Of a stretch of DNA of 32,000 bases, positions 1-8,412 are shown in pieces. Every line of letters begins with the position of its first letter. Within the stretch, counting starts at the first letter, position 1. The notes beneath the pieces were generated by a model. It had not been told where the DNA came from. It ran no database searches and worked only from the letters and a program-made list of their open reading frames with translations. Where the stretch lies: assembly GCA_964586355.1 (NCBI GenBank), contig CAZPGO010000032.1:9505-41504 (forward strand). Reading direction: 5' to 3'. The stretch comes from an uncultured archaeon (GTDB lineage: Archaea; Iainarchaeota; Iainarchaeia; Iainarchaeales; CSSED10-239). Position numbers and translations under genes: made by a program.

Positions 1-348
1 AAGGCAATAAATTGAAATTCTTCTTTCTTTAAAAATTTTTAAATATTTTTCAGGAATCTCCTCAAACACTTCTTTTTTTCTAATATCCCAAACTTGCGGG
101 TGGTGAACAAATAACAATAGATCTGTTTCTTTTTTTGCTATTATTTTTTTAAGAACCTTCTCTTCTGGAAAAACAGCAGTGTAAACCTTTTTTATTTCTT
201 TAGAAAAATCATAAACTACCCCCATAGATCTTTCTTTAAAATTATTTGATAAATATTTATTTGTTTTAGTAAATTTCCAGTCATCACTAAGACCTCTTCT
301 TAATATAAAGTATTGTTCAAGTTTTTCATATATTTTTTTTGCAAGCAT
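1..348 (-). CDS. NIF3/YbgI-family protein, N-terminal 116 codons (gene runs off the window start)
   Basis: Not in the ORF track because it is truncated by the window edge. Reverse-strand translation from ATG at 348 reads MLAKKIYEKLEQYF...KVYTAVFPEEKVLKKIIAKKETDLLLFVHHPQVWD...RRISIYCL and stays open to nt 1. The hydrophobic run followed by HHP, and the general layout, resemble the NIF3 family. Confidence 0.5.
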   Translation of the reverse strand, partial: MLAKKIYEKLEQYFILRRGLSDDWKFTKTNKYLSNNFKERSMGVVYDFSKEIKKVYTAVFPEEKVLKKIIAKKETDLLLFVHHPQVWDIRKKEVFEEIPEKYLKIFKERRISIYCL

Positions 349-415
349 ACTAATAATAGATAAGATTTATATATAAATTCTTTCTATTTTTAATATATTA
401 TAAAAAGAGGATAAT

Positions 416-1021
416 ATGCCTGGCAAATATGAAAATATTGTTATGTTAGTTCATCCATTGTATGATCTTATCTATAATGATATTAATGATTTACTTAGTG
501 AAAGAAAAGCAACCAGCTTAAATCTATTTATAAAAGACGCCTTAAAAGATCCAAAAATAAAACATCAATTAATAACAACAATAACAGAATATAGAAAAGA
601 GCTTCTAAAATATCAAAAAGACCCTGCAACACTTCTGTTAATCTATTTGCCAACAGTAAAAAATACAGATCTAGATTTTATCTTTAAAAGGGTGTCTAAG
701 GAACTTATAGTGGATCTAAAAAAAATATTTAAAGAAAGATTAATAATAAGCACTAGGTTTTCAGTAGATAATCTAATCTCAGAAATACCTCTAAAAAATT
801 TTTCTAAGAAAATACAATTAAAGGCCTTTGGAGAATATAAAAATATTTGTGTAACAACCTATCTAGATTCTCTTGCAAATCAATTAGAGCAAAGAGGATT
901 TAAAACAAGATCTAAAATACTTGCAAGAAAATCCTACTCTTCTTCTAATGGTAGATTTCCTGGGTTAGATCATAAGGCAAGGTTTAGATCTTTAAGAAGG
1001 TTTGTAAAAAGACCATTGTGA
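416..1021 (+). CDS. hypothetical protein (201 aa), basic C-terminus
   Basis: ORF track. GAGGA Shine-Dalgarno-like motif 6-10 nt upstream of the ATG. No family motif recognised. Confidence 0.6.
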   Translation: MPGKYENIVMLVHPLYDLIYNDINDLLSERKATSLNLFIKDALKDPKIKHQLITTITEYRKELLKYQKDPATLLLIYLPTVKNTDLDFIFKRVSKELIVDLKKIFKERLIISTRFSVDNLISEIPLKNFSKKIQLKAFGEYKNICVTTYLDSLANQLEQRGFKTRSKILARKSYSSSNGRFPGLDHKARFRSLRRFVKRPL

Positions 1022-1108
1022 TTCTCTAATCAAAACCATTATAAAAGATTTGATTAACTATTTTTAGTATATATTTTACTTAAATATATTTATTAATAAA
1101 GATCTAAT

Positions 1109-3739
1109 ATGAATAAAGAAATTACTGGACTAACAACCATTGAAGCAAAAAAAGAACTAGAAAAATATGGATATAATGAGCTTAAAGAATCAAATAAAGC
1201 TTCCTGGTATTCTATACTATTTAGACAAGTGAAAAGTAATTTTATAGTCTATTTTTTATTTGTAGCAATGATCCTATCCTTTTTTGTAGAAAAATCAGTA
1301 ACAGCTTATACCATTTTAGCAGTAATAGTTTTAGTTATTGGTGTTGGTTTTTTTCAAGAATATAAGGCAGAAAAAGCAGTTGAAGCACTAAAAGGTATGT
1401 TAATGCCAATAAGTGTGGTTTTAAGAGATGGTAAGGAAAAAGAAATTCCATCTAAAGAAATAGTTCCAGAAGATATTATTTTTATAAGAACTGGAGAAAA
1501 GATTCCTGCTGATGCTGTGATTTTAGAAGAAAATCATTTGTTGATTAATGAATCAATATTAACTGGAGAATCCAAAGAGGTTAAGAAAAAAAAAATGATC
1601 TCTATAGATGATATTACAAATGATAACAAAATATTTATGGGTTCTTTTGTAGTAAATGGAAAATGTAAAGCAAAAGTACTTCACACAGGAATGAACACCA
1701 AATTTGGAAAAATTGCTGGTTTAATTTCTGATACTGAAAAAAGTTTGCCTTTACAAAATAAATTAAATTATATAATAAGGTATATTACTTTTTTTGGAGT
1801 AATTTTAGCATTATTAGCAGGAATACTAGTTTTATTTAGATCAACACCAATAACTTCAGAAGTTATAATAGAAGTACTGATACTTGTAATTGCAATAGGG
1901 GTTTCTGTTTTTCCAGAAGGTTTTCCAGTAGCACTTATAACCACTCTTTCTTTTGGTGCTTATAGAATGGCAAAGCAAAATGCAATTGTTAATAGAATGT
2001 CAATTATTGAAACACTTGGAGAGACAACAGTAATCTGTTCAGATAAAACAGGAACTATTACAAAAGGAGAAATGACAGTAAAAAAGATCTTTGTAAATAA
2101 TCAGTTAATTGATGTTAGTGGTGCCGGTTATGAAAAAAAAGGAGAGTTTTTAATAAATAATAAACCAATTAAAGGGTTTGATGAGTTAGATCTTTTAATA
2201 AAAACTGGTGTTTTATGTAATAATTGTTTTGTTCAAGAAATAGAAAATGATATTAATTATAAGATAAGTGGCACACCAACAGAAGCTGCCCTTTTAGTAC
2301 TGGGTACTAAAAAAAATATTTTTAAGGAAGATTATAAACTAGAAATAATCGATGAAATTCCTTTTAATTCTGATAAAAAGATGATGAGTGTTATCTATAA
2401 TGAAAACAATAGTTTTACTGTTTATTCAAAAGGGGCACCAGAAGTTATTATTAATAAATGTAATAAAATAATAGTAAATGGAAAAATAAAAACATTAACA
2501 GCTAAAGATAAAGAAGAAGTCTTAAAAGCAAATAAAGATTTAAATTTATTTGCATTAAGAACAATTGCTCTTGCATATAAAACTCAAAAATCAAAAGAAG
2601 ATCCTGAAAAAGATCTAATATTTATTGGGCTTGTTGGTTTAGAAGATCCCCCAAGAGAAGAAGTTAAAGAGACTATTAAAATTTGTCAGAATGCAGGAAT
2701 CTCTGTAAAAATGATTACTGGAGATAATAAAGAAACTGCTATATCAATTGCAAAACAAATAGGTCTAGATTCCAAAAATTATCTTTTAGGTAGCAATCTA
2801 GATTCTATGACAGATGATGAACTAAAAAAAACCATTGAAAGCATAACAATTTTTGCAAGAGTAAGGCCAGAGCATAAGTTAAGAATTGTAAAAGCACTAA
2901 AAGAAAATAATGAGATCGTAACAATGACAGGAGATGGAGTAAACGATGCTCCTGCGCTAAAAGAAGCTCATGTTGGTGTAGCTATGGGTAAAGCAGGGAC
3001 AGATGTTTCTAGGTCTGTTGCAGATCTTATTCTAAAAGATGATAATTTTGCAACTATTGTTAATGCAGTAAAAGAAGGTAGGACCATTTTTAGCAATTTA
3101 AGGAAATTTGTAACTTATCAGTTATCTTGTAACTTTTCTGAAATCTTTGTAATTATTATTGGTGTTCTTCTTGCGATTAAATTTGGATGGGTTGTGCCAT
3201 TATTACTACCATTACATATTTTGTTTATGAATATGGTTACTGATAATCTGCCAGCAATAACACTAGGTCTTAATCCCTCTTCTAAAAACATAATGGCTCA
3301 AAAACCAAGACACAAAGGCATATTAACAAAAAACTTAATAATTTTGTTTTTGTTTACTGGTTTGGTTATGGGTGTTTTTACTTTAGCCACATACTATTTT
3401 ACTTTTAATTATTTAGGTCATTCTGTAGAGATTGCTAGAACCACAGCACTTGCAACATTAATAATATTGGAGTTAGTTGCTGCATATAGTTTTAGATCTT
3501 TTAACAAAACAATACTTTCAAGATCTCCTTTTGTAAATAAATATTTGTTTTTTGCTGCTACTTTATCTTTTATAGCAACCATAATTATAATTTATACACC
3601 TATAAATAAAATATTTTTAACAGTTCCAATAGTGTTAAGTGATTGGTTAGTTGTTATTTTGTTTTCTGTATTATTTGCAATAATATTTGATCTATTAAAA
3701 ATATTAAATACTAAATATAATTTTTGGACAATAGAGTGA
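1109..3739 (+). CDS. P2-type cation-transporting P-type ATPase (Ca2+-ATPase-like)
   Basis: TGES actuator motif; PEGFP in M4; phosphorylation site ICSDKTGTIT (Asp codon at 2042-2044); hinge MTGDGVNDAPALK; M5/M6 ion-site residues (SCNFSEIF, NMVTDNLPA) as in SERCA/LMCA1-type pumps. No CPC heavy-metal motif. Confidence 0.93.
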   Translation: MNKEITGLTTIEAKKELEKYGYNELKESNKASWYSILFRQVKSNFIVYFLFVAMILSFFVEKSVTAYTILAVIVLVIGVGFFQEYKAEKAVEALKGMLMPISVVLRDGKEKEIPSKEIVPEDIIFIRTGEKIPADAVILEENHLLINESILTGESKEVKKKKMISIDDITNDNKIFMGSFVVNGKCKAKVLHTGMNTKFGKIAGLISDTEKSLPLQNKLNYIIRYITFFGVILALLAGILVLFRSTPITSEVIIEVLILVIAIGVSVFPEGFPVALITTLSFGAYRMAKQNAIVNRMSIIETLGETTVICSDKTGTITKGEMTVKKIFVNNQLIDVSGAGYEKKGEFLINNKPIKGFDELDLLIKTGVLCNNCFVQEIENDINYKISGTPTEAALLVLGTKKNIFKEDYKLEIIDEIPFNSDKKMMSVIYNENNSFTVYSKGAPEVIINKCNKIIVNGKIKTLTAKDKEEVLKANKDLNLFALRTIALAYKTQKSKEDPEKDLIFIGLVGLEDPPREEVKETIKICQNAGISVKMITGDNKETAISIAKQIGLDSKNYLLGSNLDSMTDDELKKTIESITIFARVRPEHKLRIVKALKENNEIVTMTGDGVNDAPALKEAHVGVAMGKAGTDVSRSVADLILKDDNFATIVNAVKEGRTIFSNLRKFVTYQLSCNFSEIFVIIIGVLLAIKFGWVVPLLLPLHILFMNMVTDNLPAITLGLNPSSKNIMAQKPRHKGILTKNLIILFLFTGLVMGVFTLATYYFTFNYLGHSVEIARTTALATLIILELVAAYSFRSFNKTILSRSPFVNKYLFFAATLSFIATIIIIYTPINKIFLTVPIVLSDWLVVILFSVLFAIIFDLLKILNTKYNFWTIE

Positions 3740-3763
3740 ATATAAACAAATAAAAGAGTAAAT

Positions 3764-4405
3764 ATGAGAAAAAGTAATTTACCATTAATTAGAAGAAAAA
3801 TGGCTGCCTTTGGAGATATAGCAATAAGGGGAACAAATAAATTACATGAAAAAACAAATGGAAAAACATATAACGGATTTCATAATCATTTTATTTTTTC
3901 AAAAAAGTTATTAGATACAAATACATCAACAAGAGATCTAATCTCCAGAATTGGAAATGCAGTTAATGATGCTATGCACTATGCATTTAAGTATAGTGGC
4001 TTTCAATACAAATTAGTTGGAAACAAATTCAGTTATAAATATAATTCTAAAGATAAACCAACAGTTGTCTTTGTGATGTCAAAAGAAGGAATTGGTTTTG
4101 ATGCTAATCTTCTAAAAACCACCTTGAGTTCAAAATTTGAAATCCCAGGATCAGAAAATATTCTTGGACTGACATATTCAGGGGGCATATTAGCAGATAA
4201 AAAAAATGTTTTTTCTGTAACTATTGATAAAAAAGATTTAATAGATTTAAATTCTGCATTAAGTGAACATTTTAAAAAATTAGAAGCAAATAACCAGAAA
4301 ATATATGGTAAAGAGATAAATGCTGATTATTTTTTAACAAATTTTTTAGTTAGAAGAATAATTTCTAAAGCTCTGGTGAAATATAGAAAAAGAGAAAAAA
4401 ATTAA
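3764..4405 (+). CDS. hypothetical protein (213 aa)
   Basis: ORF track. Follows the ATPase gene after 24 nt. No recognisable motifs or TM segments. Confidence 0.55.
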   Translation: MRKSNLPLIRRKMAAFGDIAIRGTNKLHEKTNGKTYNGFHNHFIFSKKLLDTNTSTRDLISRIGNAVNDAMHYAFKYSGFQYKLVGNKFSYKYNSKDKPTVVFVMSKEGIGFDANLLKTTLSSKFEIPGSENILGLTYSGGILADKKNVFSVTIDKKDLIDLNSALSEHFKKLEANNQKIYGKEINADYFLTNFLVRRIISKALVKYRKREKN

Positions 4406-4411
4406 TTTTTT
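4395..4411. terminator. palindromic A7-TTAA-T6 spanning two overlapping convergent stop codons; candidate bidirectional oligo-T terminator
   Basis: The plus-strand stop is TAA 4403-4405 and the minus-strand stop is at 4402-4404. Each strand reads an oligo-T run (T6 or T7) immediately after its own stop. Confidence 0.4.
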
Positions 4412-5706
4412 CTGAATCTGTTTGGTCTTCTTTGTAGATTTGAAACATCTTTAAAACTTACAAAGTTTACATTCTTTTTATTACCAAAGGATTTATTATT
4501 TGATTTTCTATTATTTGTTTTATTAGAAAAACTGGAATTAGATCTTCTGTTAGATTGTTTATTAGTTCTTTGTTTTTTTTCTAAGTGCTCTATTTGTATC
4601 CTTTCAAATCCTGGTGTTTTTATGGCTTTAAGTTTAAAACCAAAACTTTTTGCCATACCTACAAATTCGATCTCTTCTCTTACAGATAATAAACTTATTG
4701 CTTTTCCGTCTTTTCCTGCTCTTGCAGTTCTACCTATTCTATGAATATATTGATTGTTTTCTTTTGGCAAATCAAAGTTATATATATGCTCTAAATCTTC
4801 AATATGTATTCCTCTTGCAGAAACATCTGTAGAAATAAGTATAGCTGTTTTATTTTCTTTATAATTTTTTGTAATATTTGTTCTTCTGTTTTGTTCTAAT
4901 CCACCATGTATCTTATAAACCTCTAAATTATGTTTTTTAAGGTTATTATAGATTAGATCTACTTCATCTCTAGTGTTACAAAAAACAATAGATTTTTTTT
5001 TTTCTGTTTTTAATAGATGTAATAATAATGAGATTTTTTCTGAAGATTTTATTATATAATATTCTTGTAATAACTTTGTAGGGTCTACCAAATGTTGAAC
5101 TTTTATAATTTCTGGCTTTTTCATATACTTTCTTTCAATTTGATTTACATCTTTAGTAATTGTTGCAGAAAACAACAACATTTGTTTTCTATTTTTTGCA
5201 GAATCTATAATCTCAGTAATATCTTTGTAAAAACCCATGTCGCACATTCTGTCTGCCTCATCAAGAATGACAATATCTGTGTTATTTAGATTTAATGTTT
5301 TTCTATTTAGGTGATCTAGTACTCTCCCAGGTGTTCCAATTACAATCACTGCTCTTTTAAGTTCATCTATTTGTTTATTAATAGGCATTCCACCAAAAAC
5401 AACTGTGGAAAAAACTTTTTTATTTTTTGTAAGTGTTCTTGCTTCAGCATAGATCTGATTTGCTAATTCTCTTGTAGGGGTTAAGACAATAACATTTGCT
5501 TTTTTGTTTTTATCTAGTATTTGCAAAACACCAGATAAGAATGCAAAAGTTTTTCCTGTACCTGTAGCAGATTGTGCAATAACATCTTTTTTAGCTATTA
5601 TTTTTGGAATTGCTTTTTCTTGTATCTCTGTGGGTTTTTTATAGTCTAGTTTTTTTACAATATCTATAATATCAGAATCTAGACCAAGTTTTTGAAATTC
5701 TTTCAT
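4402..5706 (-). CDS. DEAD-box ATP-dependent RNA helicase with N/K/R/S-rich C-terminal tail
   Basis: Q-motif region PTEIQ; motif I AQSATGTGKTFAF; PTRELA; motif II LDEADRM; SAT; HRIGRTARAG. The last ~60 aa are low-complexity and basic. Confidence 0.95.
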   Translation of the reverse strand: MKEFQKLGLDSDIIDIVKKLDYKKPTEIQEKAIPKIIAKKDVIAQSATGTGKTFAFLSGVLQILDKNKKANVIVLTPTRELANQIYAEARTLTKNKKVFSTVVFGGMPINKQIDELKRAVIVIGTPGRVLDHLNRKTLNLNNTDIVILDEADRMCDMGFYKDITEIIDSAKNRKQMLLFSATITKDVNQIERKYMKKPEIIKVQHLVDPTKLLQEYYIIKSSEKISLLLHLLKTEKKKSIVFCNTRDEVDLIYNNLKKHNLEVYKIHGGLEQNRRTNITKNYKENKTAILISTDVSARGIHIEDLEHIYNFDLPKENNQYIHRIGRTARAGKDGKAISLLSVREEIEFVGMAKSFGFKLKAIKTPGFERIQIEHLEKKQRTNKQSNRRSNSSFSNKTNNRKSNNKSFGNKKNVNFVSFKDVSNLQRRPNRFRKN

Positions 5707-5977
5707 AATTAATCACTTGTCCATTTTATTTTATTATTTAATTTTTTTATTGATCAAAAATAGTTTAATAAATTTTTTACTAAATATTTTTTATTTTTAC
5801 AAATAAATTCAATAAATTATATATTATTTATAATAAGAAGCATTTAAAATATGGAAAGATTAGCTTCCTATTACCATCATTTTTTAAATATATAATTATA
5901 TATATTATTTATTAACTAATTTTTAGTACTATTTCTAATAATTAGTAATCTAAAGAAATAATTATTTGTGAGATTTT

Positions 5978-6316
5978 ATGAAAGATAATTTTGTTGTTTT
6001 AATAATTATGATTTTAGTGATTACTGTAATTGGTGAGATATTATTTATAATTCCTCACAACACAGAAAACACAAACAAAGTGAGTGTGGTATATCAACCA
6101 ATGCAATGTGAAGTAGAACCTTGGCAAGATGAAAACTTAAGTCTGGACATTTATTTTTCAAATAAAAATATAACTATAAGTGAATTTAAGAAAATAGAAA
6201 GATCAGAAATATTCTGTCAAGCTTGCGAGGTTTGCCCAAAAAGTTATTATTATACTATGAATGTATATGCCAAAGACCTAAGTCATTTAAAAAAAATAGG
6301 CTTTAGCCAAATATAA
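5978..6316 (+). CDS. small signal-anchored Cys-containing protein (112 aa), hypothetical
   Basis: N-terminal hydrophobic segment VVLIIMILVITVIGEILFII. Four Cys, including CQACEVC. Lies 17 nt upstream of the FKBP gene. Confidence 0.5.
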   Translation: MKDNFVVLIIMILVITVIGEILFIIPHNTENTNKVSVVYQPMQCEVEPWQDENLSLDIYFSNKNITISEFKKIERSEIFCQACEVCPKSYYYTMNVYAKDLSHLKKIGFSQI

Positions 6317-6333
6317 AAAAAGGAGATGAAAAA

Positions 6334-6909
6334 ATGATAAAAGAAAATGATTGGATATCAATTGAATATGAGGGGAAATTTGAAGATGGGAAAGTCTTTG
6401 ATTCTTCAAAAGAAAAACCATTAATCTTTAAGGTAGGTTCTGGAATGATAATTCCTGGATTAGATGAAGAAGTTGTTAATATGGCAGTAGGTGATAAAAA
6501 AACAATAACTATTCCTTGTGAAAAAGCATATGGTCCATTAAGTGATCAAGTTATGGATATTCCAAAATCTGCTTTTGGTGATTTTGATAATTTTGTTGAG
6601 GATACAGAATTACAGTTTGTTTCAAGTATGGGTCCTATTCTTTTAAAGATTATAAAGATCAATGAAGATAGCATAAGTGCAACAGTAAATCACCCTCTTG
6701 CAGGAAAAACATTAATATTTGATATAGAAATTAAAAAAATATTAACAGAAGAAGAATCTAAAGAACAAGAAGAAAAATTTAATAACTTTAGAGAGCAAAT
6801 AGAGAAACTACACCACGCAGAAGAAGAATGTTCTTGTGAAAATTGTTCAGAATGTGCTGAAAGCTGTCAAGGATCTGTTTCTTCTGATTCTCAAGAAGAT
6901 TGTGAATAA
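6334..6909 (+). CDS. FKBP-type peptidyl-prolyl cis-trans isomerase, SlyD-like, with acidic Cys-rich tail
   Basis: AGGAGA Shine-Dalgarno motif upstream. FKBP core (YEGKFEDGKVFDSS...F.VG.G.IIPGLDE...M..G). Insert-in-flap region and NHPLAGKTLIFDIEIKKI as in SlyD/archaeal short FKBPs. C-terminal tail EEECSCENCSECAESCQGSVSSDSQEDCE. Confidence 0.88.
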   Translation: MIKENDWISIEYEGKFEDGKVFDSSKEKPLIFKVGSGMIIPGLDEEVVNMAVGDKKTITIPCEKAYGPLSDQVMDIPKSAFGDFDNFVEDTELQFVSSMGPILLKIIKINEDSISATVNHPLAGKTLIFDIEIKKILTEEESKEQEEKFNNFREQIEKLHHAEEECSCENCSECAESCQGSVSSDSQEDCE

Positions 6910-6926
6910 TTAGATTTTTCACAACC

Positions 6927-6944
6927 TTTTTTTTGATTTTTTTT
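6927..6944 (+). terminator. oligo-T tracts (T8-GA-T8) downstream of the FKBP gene
   Basis: Archaeal intrinsic termination uses oligo-T runs. Two T8 runs lie 18-35 nt after the stop codon at 6907-6909. Confidence 0.45.
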
Positions 6945-7018
6945 AATATAATAAAGCTTTTTATAATCTTTTATACCTATTTATTTTATTTATAATATAT
7001 ATAATATGTGAAATAAAT

Positions 7019-8308
7019 ATGCTTGATATTAAATTTATAAGAGAAAACAAAGATCTAGTAAAAGAAAACACAAAAAAAAAAGGAAAAGATGCTCTTTTAC
7101 CATTAGTTGATGAGATTATAGATCTGGATAAAAAATATAGAGAAGGAATCGTTCTTGCAAACTCTCTAAAACAAAAAAGAAATCAAGTCACAGAAAAAAT
7201 TGCAGAAAATAAACAAAAAGGACTTGGAGTAGATGAGCTTATTTTAGAAGCCAGAGAGTTACCAGGCAAAATAAAAGAAATAGATGAAAAACAAAAAGAA
7301 CTTTTTGAAAAAATAATAGATCTACAAAAAAAATTCCCAAATATTGTTTCAGAAAAAACACCAATAGGTAAAGATGAATCCGAAAATGTAGAGATAGAAA
7401 GATATGGCAAAATTAAAGAATTTGATTTTGAGCAAAAAACACATAGTGAACTTATAGAAAAATTAAATGTTGCTAATTTTGAAGCATCTAGAGAAGTTGC
7501 TGGTAAGGGGTTTTATTATCTTACTGGAGATCTTGCTCTGTTAAATAGAGCACTTATTAATTATGCTACTGATTATTTACAAAGTAAGAACTATACCTAT
7601 GTTTTACCACCAATATTAATTAACAAAAATGCATGTGATGGAGTAATTGATTTTGAATTTTTTAGAGACATGGTGTATAAGATAGAAAATGAAGACCTTT
7701 ATCTTATAGGAACTTCAGAACATCCATTAATATCTATGTTTATAAATAAGACAATTGATGAAGAAAAGCTACCAATAAAACTATTTAGCTATACTCCTTG
7801 TTTTAGAAAGGAAATTGGTAGTCATGGAATAGATGAGAGAGGTCTTTTTAGATTACATCAATTTGATAAAGTTGAGCAAGTTATTATTTGTGATCCATTA
7901 AGTTCAACAGAACTTTTTGAAGAATTAAAAGAGAATACAATTAAATTATTTAAAGATCTAGACCTGCCAATAAGAGTATTAGAGATCTGTACAGGAGATC
8001 TTGGAGATACAAAGCATAGGCAGATAGATGTTGAAGTGTGGTCTCCTAGATCAAATAAGTATATTGAAGTTGGTTCTTGTAGTAACCTAACAGATAATCA
8101 ATCAGTAAAACTAAATATTAAAGCAAAAAATAAACAAAATGACAAACATTATGTTCATACCCTAAATGATACTGCAATTGCAACCTCTAGAGCACTTGTT
8201 GCAATTATTGAAAATAACCAAACAAAAGAAGGAACTATTCAAATTCCAAAAGTCTTACAGAAATATATGTTTGGTAAAACAGAGATTAAAAGAAATAATC
8301 TATTTTAG
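7019..8308 (+). CDS. serS: seryl-tRNA synthetase (class II, standard type)
   Basis: N-terminal coiled-coil arm beginning MLDIKFIRENKDLV; class II core motifs GTSEHPL, FRKEIGSHGIDERGLFRLHQFDKVEQ, and TLNDTAIATSRALVAIIEN. Confidence 0.95.
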   Translation: MLDIKFIRENKDLVKENTKKKGKDALLPLVDEIIDLDKKYREGIVLANSLKQKRNQVTEKIAENKQKGLGVDELILEARELPGKIKEIDEKQKELFEKIIDLQKKFPNIVSEKTPIGKDESENVEIERYGKIKEFDFEQKTHSELIEKLNVANFEASREVAGKGFYYLTGDLALLNRALINYATDYLQSKNYTYVLPPILINKNACDGVIDFEFFRDMVYKIENEDLYLIGTSEHPLISMFINKTIDEEKLPIKLFSYTPCFRKEIGSHGIDERGLFRLHQFDKVEQVIICDPLSSTELFEELKENTIKLFKDLDLPIRVLEICTGDLGDTKHRQIDVEVWSPRSNKYIEVGSCSNLTDNQSVKLNIKAKNKQNDKHYVHTLNDTAIATSRALVAIIENNQTKEGTIQIPKVLQKYMFGKTEIKRNNLF

Positions 8309-8309
8309 A

Positions 8310-8321
8310 TTTTTGTTTTTT
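8310..8321 (+). terminator. oligo-T tract (T5-G-T6) immediately after the serS stop
   Basis: T-rich run directly after TAG 8306-8308. Confidence 0.35.
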
Positions 8322-8412
8322 ATAATCCAATTATTTAAATAAAGTTTGCACTAAAATTATTAAGATCAATGATATTTATAGATATATATTAGAATAAAAA
8401 GAGAAAATCACC

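Noticed and set aside
1109-3739. The P-type ATPase as a heavy-metal (P1B) pump
   Set aside because: It has no CPC/CPH motif in M6 and no N-terminal metal-binding domain. PEGFP and the SERCA-like M5/M6 residues indicate a P2-type Ca2+/cation pump.
4650-5289. Track ORFs 4650-4832 (+) and 5092-5289 (+), lying inside the DEAD-box helicase gene
   Set aside because: They are antisense shadow ORFs within a gene whose helicase motifs are all intact on the minus strand. Their low-complexity F/L/I-rich translations are typical of reverse-frame artefacts in AT-rich DNA.
1586-7081. Long homopolymers inside genes (A10 at 1586-1595 in the P-type ATPase, T11 at 4993-5003 in the helicase, A10 at 7072-7081 in serS) as possible phase-variation switches
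   Set aside because: All are in frame, encode poly-Lys, and lie in housekeeping genes. They are more likely a by-product of extreme AT richness than contingency loci.
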